The notes below the pieces were generated by a model. That model was not told the origin of the DNA. It did no database searches and saw only the letters and a program-made list of their open reading frames with translations. Position numbers and translations under genes: made by a program. A stretch of DNA of 64,000 nt from Raillietiella orientalis (taxonomy: Eukaryota). This document shows, piece by piece, positions 39,960-53,400 of the stretch. The stretch is taken from assembly GCA_036172245.1 (NCBI GenBank), contig JAYWIR010000015.1, forward strand, positions 682,001-746,000. Reading direction: 5' to 3'. Position 1 is the stretch's first letter; each line of letters opens with the position of its first letter.

Positions 39960-40400
39960 AATTATCCGAAGCCACATCGGCTTTGGGTGCTTCCCGTGAG
40001 CATCAGCAAGGCTGGCAGCACTATGTATACAACAGCAAAAAAATCGAAATCTCAGAAAGGTAAAGCACGATGGTACCAAGAGGATCCAAGATGTTCCAGG
40101 GAAGTGGAAACGTCCCCTGTTACAACCACATGGTTAGGATGACCATTGCGCTATTCATCACCGCCATCCTCATAAGATGGTGAAAAATGAGGGAAGCCAG
40201 TACGGCCACATCTCCTATGAAAATCCTGGAAAAGGTTATCCAGAAGGAGATCGGGATAAGAAACTGTGGTAAAGTGCCGGCCTGGACTTATCGGCACATC
40301 CTGAAAAGGATCGAAGATACTGTCCAGACCCAACCAACGCCCAGCCCACCCTAATGCAGAACATCAGTGCTGTGACTCCTAGCTAGTGAACACTTGAGAA
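39960..40400 (-). mobile_element. Possible LINE endonuclease relic
   Basis: HVVVTGDVS near 40105-40132 (cf. I+.GDFN). Weak. Confidence 0.25.
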
Positions 40401-40899
40401 AACATAAGTGTTAGTGAAATGAAGATTGAGTGAATGTGTACGTAGTGTGATTGACATAAAAGAAAAATAAATTTACCCCACCCCTTGTGGGACTTGGGGA
40501 AAGTGGTACCAAGAGGAGAGATGGTCTGCGTTCTTGCCCTCGTTTCTGGGAAGAGCCTTTGTTTGCTCTTCTTGTCTCGGTGTGCAGTTCAGAGCTCATG
40601 CTGCACTCACTCGGCATGTTCGGCGTGGCATGGAAAATGCATTTTTTTAATCCTCAACTAAATCCCCTGATGACTTCAACCCCCCTCCCCCCCGTGATGT
40701 AGTGTTCAGCTTTCTGTAGTTATCATTGTTTTTCGGGATTTCGTTTATTTTTTTGTGTGTGTTGGTTGCGATGATTATTTTTTCTCCGTCAGGTTTATGT
40801 AATGCTCCTTGAAGTTTTGAATGGAGTCAGCCTTGATTTCCCAATTCACACGTGCACTCAAATCTTCTGTGAAATCCAGGAATCCACGAAAATCCGGGA

Positions 40900-41850
40900 A
40901 AATCAAGTCAGAGAAACGTTTCCTCGGCTTTGCCCGCGCGCTTGCACCATGCGTGACAGTTTCTGTTTGAGCACACTTTTGCAGTTCGTGGATTTATCGG
41001 AAAGATGGAAGCCATCTGTAACCATATGAAGTGCTGCCTATTACTAATAACTGCAGGATGAACCCATTAACTTCTTGCAACAGCGCATGTAAAAGTAGAA
41101 ACGCGTGTACGTTTCATGTGTGCATCGACGAATGTCTCTTGAACCTCCGCTCCTGAATTTCCTCCCTGAGTTGTTGTTTCCTTAAAGAGCGACTGAAGTC
41201 GGTGCTTGCTCGAAACCATCAAACGCATTACGAACGGACACTTACGACAGTGTCTTGCAGAGTGAATTCCTTTTGTCGAAACATCCAAATGAAAGAACGC
41301 GAGCCATGTTGAAACCTGAAATTTAGTGTCTTGCGTGGAATGGAAGTGTGTGCCTTCGAAGAATTCCCCCCTTAAATCAGCGTGTAGGGAAGTTGCCTAC
41401 AGACGAGCCCTTATCGAGGAGGCATCCAGGAAGAGGAATGTCCTACTTCTTGGAAAATTAGTTCCCATGCGAAGTATGCAATTTCAAAGAGAACAGCTGG
41501 CAAAATGAATCCAGACGCCTAGGAACGAGCGAAATTTTCTGGAGCTGCTAAATGAACGAATGCTTCCCCGGAAAAAACTGGTCGTTTGTCCTGACGTCTC
41601 CTCTCTCTGTGAAACAGCAAGAAGTCGTCGGATGTGAGCGAAGATGCGTTGCCACGGGAGCCTTGGTAACTTCCCGATCAGTAAGTCCCGGATCGAGGTT
41701 TTCGGGGAAGGAGCGAAAGACAGCAATCAGATTGATTCGAAGACTCTGTCTCATCACTGCAGGGATCTCAGGAACCCACGCTCGAACCTCAAGAGGGATC
41801 GGTGCTGTCATTCAGGCGGCCGATGTAAATATAAATATAGCGAAGTTGAT
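40900..41850 (-). mobile_element. Penelope-like C-terminal relic
   Basis: STKGIHSARHCRKCPFV...RLQSLFKE (41067..41288, cf. GIY-YIG T.G++Y...C..C...Y+G...L..R.+EH), preceded by RT-thumb-like frames 41484..41811. Confidence 0.45.
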
Positions 41851-42599
41851 GTTCGAATGGAGTTTTAAACACTGCCTGAGAGTATTTAATATCCATGTAT
41901 AAGTAGCACTACATTTAAGCGAGTCATAGTTATTGACATATGTTACATAAGAATATCTATAATTCATCGGCTATTGTTTAACTGGATCGATTTCGGATTT
42001 TATATAACACTTGTGAAAGTCTCTTTGGAAGTGAAATTCAGGTATGCCTTGGTTTGAATGCCTTAAGCGTCTAGAATGTTACTATGCTAAAGGTTGTTCA
42101 GGACGTAACTAAAATTGGTTTTATAAGAATTATTCAGAATTCGATAAAGAAAGAAACGATAACTGCGGCTCGCAGAACATAAGCCATAAAAATCCGTCCG
42201 TCCCCTTTGAGACCTGCGCCATAAACCAGAAATTTCGATTTGAAAAATAAGGAAATGGAAGAATCTGGAGCTCAATTTCTCATAAGATCCCTTTGCTGCA
42301 CCCAGCTGAAAGCACACTGCCTTCCCATAAACCCGTCTCTTTTCCCTCTCTGGGAGAAAACTTGAGGAAAATCAGAAATCTTAAAAAGTCAGGAAACAAT
42401 CAGTCATGCGAAATTTTTTTAAGGTTTTTCACTTCAGGCTGTTTGGCGCGAGTCGAAAATCAATCTTGTGAGTTGAGCCAAAAAAAAAGAAAAGATGGAT
42501 GCATAATCTTAATAAAGCAGCCTTGTTCCTGATAAATCAACGGAATGGTAGCTCGCTTACTAGGAAGCAGCTTATGAGTAAACCTTGAGCGCCTGGTTC

Positions 42600-43250
42600 A
42601 ACCCACAGATGCTCAGATGCTCTTTTCACGTTTCGTTGGTAACGAATTCTTGCTCAGGAAGCTTCTCATCTGGTGAGCATTCCGGAATATTTCTTTGTGA
42701 TCAGTTCACCGCCGAACGATTAGAGGAAATTAAGCTTCTTGGAACACGCATTTGGAGGTGTTTAATCTATTTTTCCAGTCGTTTCTCTTCTGCCTGGAGA
42801 GGGGAAAAAAAAAACAGAACCCTGGGATAAATGAAAGAAAGGCTCTCGGCGAATCCATCCGAAAAGTTGAAATCACTGGATGCTAATCACCGTCGTCAGA
42901 AAGTTCTGCTTTCAAGTTCATCAAGTTTACCCCCATAAATTCAATTCGGCGAACAGGAGAAGCATCAGATGAGGAAGAGGAAACGGAAGAAGCGTCCCAC
43001 CAATTTTAATTTCGGGTCGACTCCCATCTCGACACTTTCTTGCATGCTCACATGAAATGTGGAAACCACGTGAAAACTCGACTTTGGAAGACCGTTCCCA
43101 AGACGGAGGCTGAGAGATCAGTTTCTCGCACGTTTGAAGTGCCTCGCCGGCGAATTCAGGGGAAAACTATAAATTTCGATGAATTCGAAACAATCCTATC
43201 GGATCAAAAAACATATAACTTCATAGCTCATTAAACACAGATATTTCAAA
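42600..43250 (-). mobile_element. LINE ORF2 C-terminal relic
   Basis: SPVRRIEFMGVNL near 42922-42960 (cf. V...+FLG+.+D). Weak. Confidence 0.3.
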
Positions 43251-44499
43251 GTTATCTCAGTCGTTTCGAGTCGCGAAGAAGTTAACGCTTTAGTGAATTC
43301 GAGAATTTTCGAAGCATTTCAATCAGGAGAAGAGCTCGCCATCTGACTTAGAAATTTCAACAAAGTAATCGATCTCTAACTTACTTTCCAGTTTCTAATA
43401 TCGACATCGTAGAACCATTTTTTGAATATAACTTTCTGTATCACTCTTTAGATGGCGCAGTCAGAATCTGCTCGTTTAGGTGTTGCCGCTGCAAACTGTA
43501 CAACGTTTAAGTGCATGCCCAGCGCTCAGGTCATGTAATGTTTATTGTAGTGCATGTATTGATACAGTCATGAAAATTCTCAAATAATCAATGTCAATAC
43601 ACAATTGGCGCTTTTAAGATAAAATTGCCACGCTATAATTTTTTAAAATTCCACGTCAAGGTGCTAAGTTTCAATTTTTATGCAGAGAATTGAAATGAAA
43701 ATCCCATAGGGTTCAGACTCATACTCATTTACCACATGCTTCATCTAGTCATCTGGTTTCAAATGGATAGGAAAAACTTGATTTGGGAAGCGATTTCACG
43801 AACGGAGCTAGGTTCAGGAAGACCGGTAAAAAAGTAAAAAATAACAGAAATGCAGAAGTACAGAGAGAGACACTCCATTTAACATTCTTCCATCCATGTC
43901 CCAAGTTTCATGACTCCTTGGACCAGTTGATAATAAGTTCATGAATCATTGGAAGCATGAGATCAATCCAAAGAAAACGTACTTCCCCTTACAAACGCAT
44001 CCTCCAGATGGACCTCAGCAACTTGCAAAAGCGTTCCGATTTCTGAATAACTTTCGAAAAAATGGACTTTTTGAAGGCATCATATGACAAATTGAAAACG
44101 ATGAATTAATTCTCGTGTGTGTTATCCTTTTTCATACGCAAACTTAATCATATTTTTCGGATTCCTTTGGCAAAGGAATCCGAACAAGATGCTTGTCATC
44201 ATACTCCGTCTTCCCGTGATGAAAATTTGTTTCTGCGGCATCCTCTGGTGTGCTTGAGAATGCAATCTACGATTGGCTCTATCTTCTTCTCCCTTGTGGA
44301 TTTGAGCAATGTGTGGGGGGAGTTTTAGGTCGAGGAAACACAACAGGAGTCGGTCGCGAATGCACTTTTCATTCGCCTGTGCGTGATACATTCAGGCAAA
44401 GGAAAAGCGCGTCTTGGAAGTTGAGGTAAAGAATCGCAAATAACACGATAAGCCAGTCTTCGAGGAAGAAGAGGTGCTCGAAACAGTATGGCTGCAGCT

Positions 44500-45950
44500 T
44501 CAGAGCAGGTACCACGGAACTCGGAATTCAACCAAAAATCTGTCCCCTCGATCCAACTAGAAAACCGGTGTGGATCCCGTTCCCAGTTTTCGGAGATGCT
44601 CCTATCAGTTTTCGAGCTCGTGCCACTCAGGATCGATCATTACTCGTAGGAATCGAAAGAGATGTTAAGATCCACGGAAAATCCATTGCCGAAAGTAGGA
44701 GTTCTAGATAGGATGAAGGAAACAGTTTTCAAAATCTTTCGTTACCCGGCAATAAGAGCTATGGTGCTCAACAAATTTAAACTCGAAATGGAAAAATCCA
44801 GAATCACGCTTTCTCCACTACGACTAGCAAAAGAGACACCCACAAGAACAAAACGGAAGAACTTCGCTCATCGGAATGCATCCCAGATCTATCACGTCCA
44901 ACCTTCACAGCCTTGCTACTGCCGATGACAAAAAAAACAACCTTGCTGCTCTCATAGCATTCGAATTTAAAAATCAAACAAGGGGAATCAGATAAATCAG
45001 TCAACGTACAAAAGGAAAATAAGACCTGGAAAGGACCTTCCTTTTCTGGAAGAGTAAAAAGACAGGTTCCATTCAGTTTACAGAGCACAAATTGGAAAGG
45101 CAGCAATTCAGTGATAGTGTAAAGGACCTCTTCTTCGACTAAGTGGTGTGAACACTTGGAGTAAGGAAGATACCCGGATGGGAGTTCTTTCCTGTGTCAT
45201 TTGGCATTTAAACTCCACTTCCGACAGAAAGACTTCAAGAGGGCAGCGCAGTCCCTTGAGGGATCCGAAACGGTTTGGCTCAGAACAGAATTCCAAGCGC
45301 AATTAGCTGATCAATCTTGGTGGACGCTCTGAAGACAACTGTTGCTATCGAAAGGTTTCCTGCACAGATGCCATCTCGACCACTTATAATTTCCATATAG
45401 ACGACAGGAAACAATTCGAAAGGATGAAGGAATATGAAATGGACAATGTTTATTGAAAGAGAACACCATTTCGGAGATGGCTGTCACACACTGGAGTTCC
45501 ATTTTCCAGAAGTATCCGTTCTCTGCTGAGTCGAAATCAGATCATCAGGGAAGTTAGGATCGCGCCCTTATCTTGTCGAGTCAAGGGTCATCTAAGGTCT
45601 ATCGATACAAAATGGAGACCGCCGTTGTCTTTTTGTTTCTTGGAATAAGGTGTCTGAGGAAACCATTGGCGTCTCTGGCTTCGTCATGATGTTGAACAGA
45701 ATTAGTGACAAGAGCATCCACAAGCCAAGGGAAAGTCAACGAGGACTTCCAAAAACTTTCAAAACAGGACCTTCTGATGGATATTGTTGTATTCTTCTTG
45801 CTTGAGCTATCTATCCTCATGGTGTTTTCAAAAAAAGATCGATGGCATTACTTTTCTCCGGTCCTTTTGATCATCAATTCTTTTGCATACTACTGTGTTC
45901 GTACGACGCCTTTACATACTGCACAAACATTCTTGATAGACACCATGTAA
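44500..45950 (-). mobile_element. Degenerate LINE RT
   Basis: KNTTISIRRSCFESFWK...NGF (45599..45820, cf. NYRPIS+L...K+.E...Q.GF), SCLQSVHQD (45311..45502, cf. LF++Y+ND), KLNGTCL (44804..45106), colinear on minus. Confidence 0.5.
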
Positions 45951-46699
45951 ATACACGCTGTGCTTCCAACAACAAGATTCTTCACAAAAGGAATAATGGA
46001 ACCTATATTACCTGAAAAGCAAAGTCAGGAATGGATTTGGAACTTTTTGTTTTGTCTTTGATCTTTCTTTTTGTTTATCTTATAGACAGCGGGTAAGTTG
46101 ATCCCTAATTACAGAACGGAAGAAATGTGTTTCTTGGTTATGGTTACATAGTTTCGTAATATCCTAGATTTCAGAAGCCGCTTCTGATTCTATCGAGAAT
46201 AGTTCCAACTAATGTGATCAATCTGGAGATAACTTAGTGTGATCTTGAAAAATGGCACCAGTGAGGAATTTCTTCAGGCCTCTCCACGATGTGAACAAGT
46301 TACATTAGTGTATTGGAAGATCCTGACACGTTTCATGTAAATATACGCAGTGGATTCGCCAATAGCGATGTGACAACATGTTCAACCTGCCTCGACATCC
46401 ATCTCTCCAGAAAATTCTCTGAAAAACTTCTATACTTATACTTCTTCTACCCCATATCAAATGTATATAAATTCAGTCTTATATACAGTTGTTTTCACGG
46501 TTAGACATTCCACTGTTACTTTAGTGTGAGATGTGTGATCCCTTTTTTAATCCTATTGTATCTTTTACCAGTGTGTATTCTAAGAACGAAACATAATCAC
46601 TATTACTATTCTCCAATGAGTAATGCTAACCTTAGTAAAAAAAAAAAAATGGTATTTTGCTTCTTTTCCTTACACCGATTGTCCGTCAAAGAGCAAATT

Positions 46700-47110
46700 G
46701 GTTTTTCCTTCCTTGTCTTCTGTTTTTCTAAATGATTCATCTTTAAAATTCGTTCACGTCTGTCTATGATCCACAAGGAAGAATTTTTTGTATGTTGAAA
46801 TCCTGGAAGCAATTCTTATGCATACTTTCTCTAAAGAGATTCAGAATCGCTGTTCCTTTCTCTTCACCGATCTCCAGTTAAGAGCTAGAGAAGGGAGATC
46901 TGTCATCTTCATCAATTTTGTTATTACCCACGAAGAAGCAGAATCAATAAGTCAATAAACATGGATTTAAAGTAGGTCTCTGCATTCATGTTAAACTCAC
47001 TACTCTCCCATGAATCAGCTATAAAAAGTGCTATATTCAAAGGAATCCGGAGATCTTAACTCATGAAAGAAGCACTCGAGTTAAAGAGTATTCTGCAGAA
47101 GGAAAAGGGA
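46700..47110 (-). mobile_element. Penelope-like (or LINE) N-terminal relic
   Basis: EEKGTAILNLFRESMHKNCFQDF at about 46797-46865 (cf. ADKG.A+V+L....Y..K). Weak. Confidence 0.3.
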
Positions 47111-50100
47111 AATAAAGTTTATAAAAAGCGGTTTGATGTAAAGAAAACACCTTGATATTTTCTTAAGAACTGTTCGCATGTTTAAATTTCCTACTGAAAG
47201 GATTGCTTTACACTGAGAGCATCATTTTTATTTTTGAAGTTAATTTCTTTTTGAAAAGCATTTTAATAACGATAAGTGAGCAGCTTCTGAGGTTGCATCC
47301 ATCCTCATGAAAGTCCTGACAGAAATTTTAAATTCAGTTTGAAGCAAATTGTTAACTATGACCTATCATCACAGGATACAAATGGAGATCGTGGGAAAGA
47401 ACGCAACTGATAAAAATGTTCTCCACTGAAAATCAGGCATGCCTCGATAAATAAAAGGAGTAGATATGTTTTGTCTTTTAAAAGTTTCCTCCAGCTAATG
47501 GAAACCCGAAGTTTTCCTCAGTGCATCCGACTAATTTAGATGATGACGAATATTTCCCTTGACGTTGGAAGTTTGAAGGTAGTCTGGGGAAAACCACCGG
47601 TCATCCTGCATGATCTAATTGCGAAGGCGGTTTGCGAAATTCGTCTCGTTGACGAAAAAAGGAAGGATTTCGAAATTAATCGCAATAAAAATGAATTCAG
47701 GACATTCAAATTTATTCACTTGCCACGTAATTATTTAAATGTTCAACTTCTAATTGGAAAATGTTAAGAGGAAAAGGAGGAGAAGAAGAAGAAGAAAAAC
47801 TGGGATGCGAGTGAACTGAAAAACAAAAACATCTACAAAATATGTTTGTAAAATCGACTAACACATCCAAATGTTCGTTTTTGTGCTGGAAATACGTAGT
47901 TACCCTTTAGAAAATCCATGCAATATGAAAAACATTCGGGAATCTTTTCTACAATATTGTTAGGAATAATCTGTGCATCCAATATATTTTAGTAAACAAT
48001 TTATAATAGCAGCATTGCTCGCTAATGATTTCATTAATTTATTACAATGTTTCAGCTATGTCTGCTTTAACTTGGTTTTGAATTCTTAATTAATCAAGTA
48101 TATTTAAAGCAAATTGCACTCGGTATTTTCTTTTATAAATTATGCTTTCTATTTCGATCCCTAAATGTTCGTTTGGAGTTTTTAGGGTACCTACTTTTAT
48201 AGTGTGATTCCTGTAATCTTTTCTCTTCAAATTATTTTGTCAGCTACACTGCAGCATATCTTGTCAAGTAAATGTTGATACCTATAACGTGAAATAATGA
48301 AAGTCGCATGAAAAATGTTATCCGGATATAGTCTCCGCATTACTTCTGTGGTCAGTGTCAAATTGCTTAATGGGAATGTGTTCCTTAATTCAAAAACAGA
48401 GACGTCTTTGTAGATCCTTCAGTTGGTAACGGGTGATGTTTATAAAAGTATATCGTTGTCACAAACCTCTGCATGGAAAATAAAAGCATAATCCTTTGAA
48501 TCCTTTTACAAAGTCAAAATCCCAATTAAACTTGCCCATAATGTTTCGTCGATATAGAGAAGTTGTGATTCGAAATGTCATTTCACAAGAAAGGATTAGG
48601 TATTAGTGCTATTGTGATTTATACAGGTTTCGTTCTTTATCCCGTTTTATAAAATAAGGATTTGCATGCATTTTAATTAATTCAATAAGGAAATCGATAC
48701 TCAACATTGTGCATGTGTAAATTCGCATATTTTTGTGTTCTGATTTGTTTGATTGTTTTAGTAGCATTCTAATTAGTATGCAAAGCTGCCTGCTCATGCA
48801 TAGTGATACAAATATATGCTAAAGTAATACGTTACTATAACGGGGTCCGTATTTTTGTGGAAACACCCTCACCTGAAAACACTTTAAAATTCTAGATTCA
48901 CTTGCCACTTATTGCACAGCCATTTATTGTAATCTACCGTGAAATCCTTCGACAAATATACCACTTGCGTGTATTCTTTCATATTAGAGGATTGAAAATT
49001 TGTTATTTGGCCATTTTTATGTTATGTAAATGCTGTCAAATGGTTTTAGCAAAGAACTTTTAATGAATGCCTTCGTTGGATAAGTTTCTCCCCATGTACA
49101 ACGAAGAAGTGCAGTGTAACTCAGTATTAATATAAAGCTCTTGAATTGCTACTGCTTATGTTAAAAAATTGGAGCAAGTTATTAAATACATAAGTGTAAT
49201 GTGGTAATCCAACTTACATTTTAATGATCAGATAATTCAGTGATATTGTAAGGTAAGTGAACAGTGAATTCTTGTTTTTGTTCACTGTATCAGCGAAGTC
49301 CTGATCTCAGAAGAGTAATCCACACAATGATATCCTAAATAGTTAGTCATTTCAACGTTGTAGGCACTTGTCAATATTAAACTTTTACTTTTCTTCTACT
49401 CGGATCAATTTTTAAAATGCGGATGATTGATTTTCGAATAAATGTACCATTTTGTTCTCATGCTATGAATTTAAGGATGTGTATTTATAATGAAGGATAT
49501 TAACGTTTTCCTTCAGATAAGAGTACTAGTCTGCCAAATAAATTCAACAAATCCAAGTATGATACTCTGTGTACATGCTTTAACATTCAAAAAAACTCCT
49601 GTTTGATGAACAAATAGTTTCTCTGCCATTTATACATTACTTGCATCATATTCTGGGAGGTTTTGCAGTCTTAAGCATTTTAGAAATTTACCTCATCTCA
49701 GTAATATTATGACTGTTCCACATTTTTCTGATTTGAACACGTGTAAGAAGGGCGTTTTATGCATTTGACTTTTTTGGAAATTCAGACATCTGTATGTCTA
49801 ATGCTTTTCATTGTACATGTTCTTATTATCAGCTAGCAATCAATTTTATATAATTTAGTTCATTACATAAATGTGACATGCAGAAGAAAATGTATTTTTG
49901 CTTGTAGAGTGGGGCAATACAGATTCTTGCTGCTGTCATCAAGAACAGTGTTTCTTCTTGGTGTTCATCAGCTGGGATCAGGCCATGTCTGTTGATTTTA
50001 TGGTAAGCAATTTATAATCAAAGTAATGCTAGGAAAGAGTCACTTCATGAATCATAGCAGGTAACTAAGGAGAATGCAAGTTTAACATCATTTTGTTCAT

Positions 50101-50409
50101 CTTAACACACTTAGTATCAATTTTTAATGCTTTTGCACATTTGCACTTTTGTATCCTTAAGGAATAGTCACACTATTCACTTTCATGTTTGCTTGTTTTA
50201 TCAAATCATTATATGTTTAATTTGATTTCTTAAGGTGATTCTTAGAAAGAATCATCTTTTGACATAAGTGCTCTTTTTATTAACCAGATCATCGATACTT
50301 AAAATGAAATGTATTTTCCTAAAATTCTCATTTTCCTTCAGCTTTTGTGAATTTGTAATTTCTGTAGCTTTTCAGGCAGTTTTCTGCAAGAATATGTTAT
50401 TCCAGAACC

Positions 50410-53400
50410 ATGTATCCTGGGATGGACCCACCTTTTTTACCTGCTGATGCCGTGAACCTATCAACAGATGATGCCATTGCCACTTTCATCACCTCAGATA
50501 GTGTGGAAGATTCACTTGGCTCTCTTTCCCAATCTGATGGCTCTGTGCTCATCGCTCTGCCATTCAATTTTTTGACAGAGAGCCCTGTTGGGGATGCTTG
50601 TACTTACAGAAAAGTGGATTCTGTGAACAAGAATTTTGATGTAATTAAGGAGTTTTTTGGATTTTATATGAAATGGTTTCCATTTTCAAAAGGATCCAAA
50701 AGAAGAGTCCTTGCAAGTGCTGGCTATCCAGAATCCTTGCTCTGTTTCTAGAGAAAGTGGTCATGCAGAAGTTCCAGAAATCCTACATATTAATGACATT
50801 ACTACCAGCTGTAGGATTCTGGAACATTGTTTATCATGCACTATTTGTGGGCAGAATTTTGATAAGAAACAAAGTTTAAAGCGCCATTTAAAGAGTCATT
50901 TGGAAGAAAAACCTTTCAAATGTCCAAAATGCACAATGACATTCAATGTCAAGGTGGGGAAAGGGACAGTATGCTTCATGTTATGTGTTTAGAGCAACTT
51001 AGTGCTGCATGAGGCTACTCACCAGAGGGAAAATAGGTGCTGCCCTCAATGCCATAAAACATTTTCCCGTGTTGCTAGTCTCAAAGCTCATATGACACTT
51101 CATGAAGAGGAAGAAAGCTGTGTCTGCCATGTATGTGGAGAAGAATTTCCAACTGAGGTAAGAAGATGTAAGAGGGCAAAGTATTTTTTTGCTGTAGAAA
51201 TATCTTCAAGCTCATCAGCAAACACATGCAAATACTTGTGAAGTACAGTTGCCTGGCCAGCAGCAGGAGAATAAATACATTCAGATTTTGCAAATTGAAG
51301 AGCAGATGAGGGAACATCAAGAGCAAGTAAGAAAAACCAAAAATCTTATCATCATTTGTTAAAGGAAATCACCAAAAGTCATCGAGGTACTCATCGAGCT
51401 TCATGCCCCTATGAGTGTGAATACTGCAGTAAGAAATTCCAAAAACCAAGTCAGCTGCTGAGGCATCAGCGTATCCACACAGGAGAACGACCATTTAAAG
51501 TAAATAATGTTTAGAGCATTCTGATTTTGTGTGTGCAGTGCTCCCAGTGTGACAAGGCCTTCAACCAGAAAGGTACTTTGCTTATTCATCTAAGCAAGCA
51601 TTCAGGAAATCGCCCATACAAGTGTTCACACTGTTCTCAAGCGTTCACCCAGAAAGGTATCATCTATATCGAGAAACATGTAACCTTATATCACTTTCAG
51701 GCAATCTGCTCAACCATATTCGACGCTTGCACTCTATAGCTACATCTGAGTCTGTCTTTCGCTGTGAAGAATGCAGTTGTGTATTTCGTCGAGTGGGTGC
51801 TCTTAATGCTCATATGACCAGAATCCATGTTCCCAAGGTTTCAAAGGTGTATCTGCAGTTGTGATCTGTGGAATGCTATAAGAATTATAGTCAGAAGACA
51901 TTTGTTTAAAGCTGATTCTTAGGAAACTGAAAAGACTTCCCTTCTGGAAACTGATGGTCCTGAAACAGATCTACTTCATCAAGTCCTAATTAATAGCGGA
52001 TTAGGCAACATGGAAGAACGTCCTGTGGGAAATGATGACCATGGAAATGGGAAATCAGAAGCACAAGTTGTAGAGGAAGTTCTTAGTACTATTACATTAG
52101 TGGAAAAACTGGCTGATGGGACTATTAGGTAATTCTTTTGCTTGTGGGTATCCTACTTCAGCGATGATTCAGAAAATATGAAGTGCAACAAAGAAGAACA
52201 AATGGTAGTCGTTTGTTGCTGTGCAGTTTTTGTCCTAAATCATTCCGTAAACCTTCAGATTTGGTTCGCCACTTACGTATTCACACCAAGGAGAAACCAT
52301 ACAAAGTGAGCTTGTGAGACTATTTTTCATTGCCTTTTCTGATTCAGTGCCAAGTATGTGGCAGCTCCTTTGCTGTTCAGTCAACACTCTCAGTCCATTT
52401 ACGATCACATGCTGGTGCTAAGCGTTTTGCATGCTATGCATGTTCCAAACGATTTGTTACAAGGAGTAGCCTTAAAGTGCATATGAGGTGAGTTAAGGCT
52501 CTTTAACAAGTGATTCATTGTGAGTCCTCAGATTGCATAGTGGATGCAAACCTTATCCTTGCCCGTACTGTGATAAACGATTTCGTACTTCAGGTCACAG
52601 AAAGCTTCATGTGCAGACCCACATTCGTTCACGCATTCAACAGTCTTCTGTATTTCCTAGTAACTTAAATGGCTCATTATTGGATCCTGTATTTCTGTTG
52701 GATTCCTGTGTTCATCCTAAATCACAAGAATCAGTTTGCTCACATGAGCACACGGAGTACATGGGTAACTTCACCAAACCCACTCAGTTAAATCAGCATT
52801 TGTGCTCGGAAGAAGAAAAACAGTTTTCCTGTTCTCAGGGTTCAGGGTTGGTGTATTCCTTCCAGTTTACTAGAATTGCAACTGTATTTTTATTTTTAGT
52901 GAGCGTCAGTGTAATGATCACTTGAAAAATGATGCCAGTATAGAAGAATACAAATGTGCTCTTTGTAATGCCACATTTGCTGCACAAGATAGCCTGAAAC
53001 ATCATTTAGCATGTCATGAGAATGCGCGCCCTTATATGTGTCCTTACTGTGAACGCCATTTCAAAACATCTGCTACCTGCAGAAAACACATTCGCAACCA
53101 TTGTAGCATAGCAACTTCAGGACAAGAGTCTACTTCTTTGTTACCCACTTTCCAGTCTTCTGTCCAGTCTCAGCATGCAGATTTTCTTCCAGACAGCAAA
53201 TTATCTGAAAGTTCCATGATGGATGGTTGTGTTATTTCTGATGTGACAGATTTCAGCCATCACATTTTGACACTCCGCCAAGAAGATCTGGCCAATTTCT
53301 CAAACACTGTTTTCGAGTCTCCCATCGATCTTCAGGCAGCTGTCTTGGCAGAGGTGAGTGTGCTGTTGCATACATGATGCTCAATAGTTTCTAGCAGACA

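Noticed and set aside
42547..42606. tRNA-like A/B boxes (GGTAGCTC...GGTTCAACCC), a possible SINE head on plus
   Set aside because: No cloverleaf, tail or second copy in the window.
49200..50405. Candidate 5' UTR exons of ZNF236 (for example 49908-50001, and an acceptor just before the ATG)
   Set aside because: Plausible splice signals but non-coding, so not supportable without transcripts.
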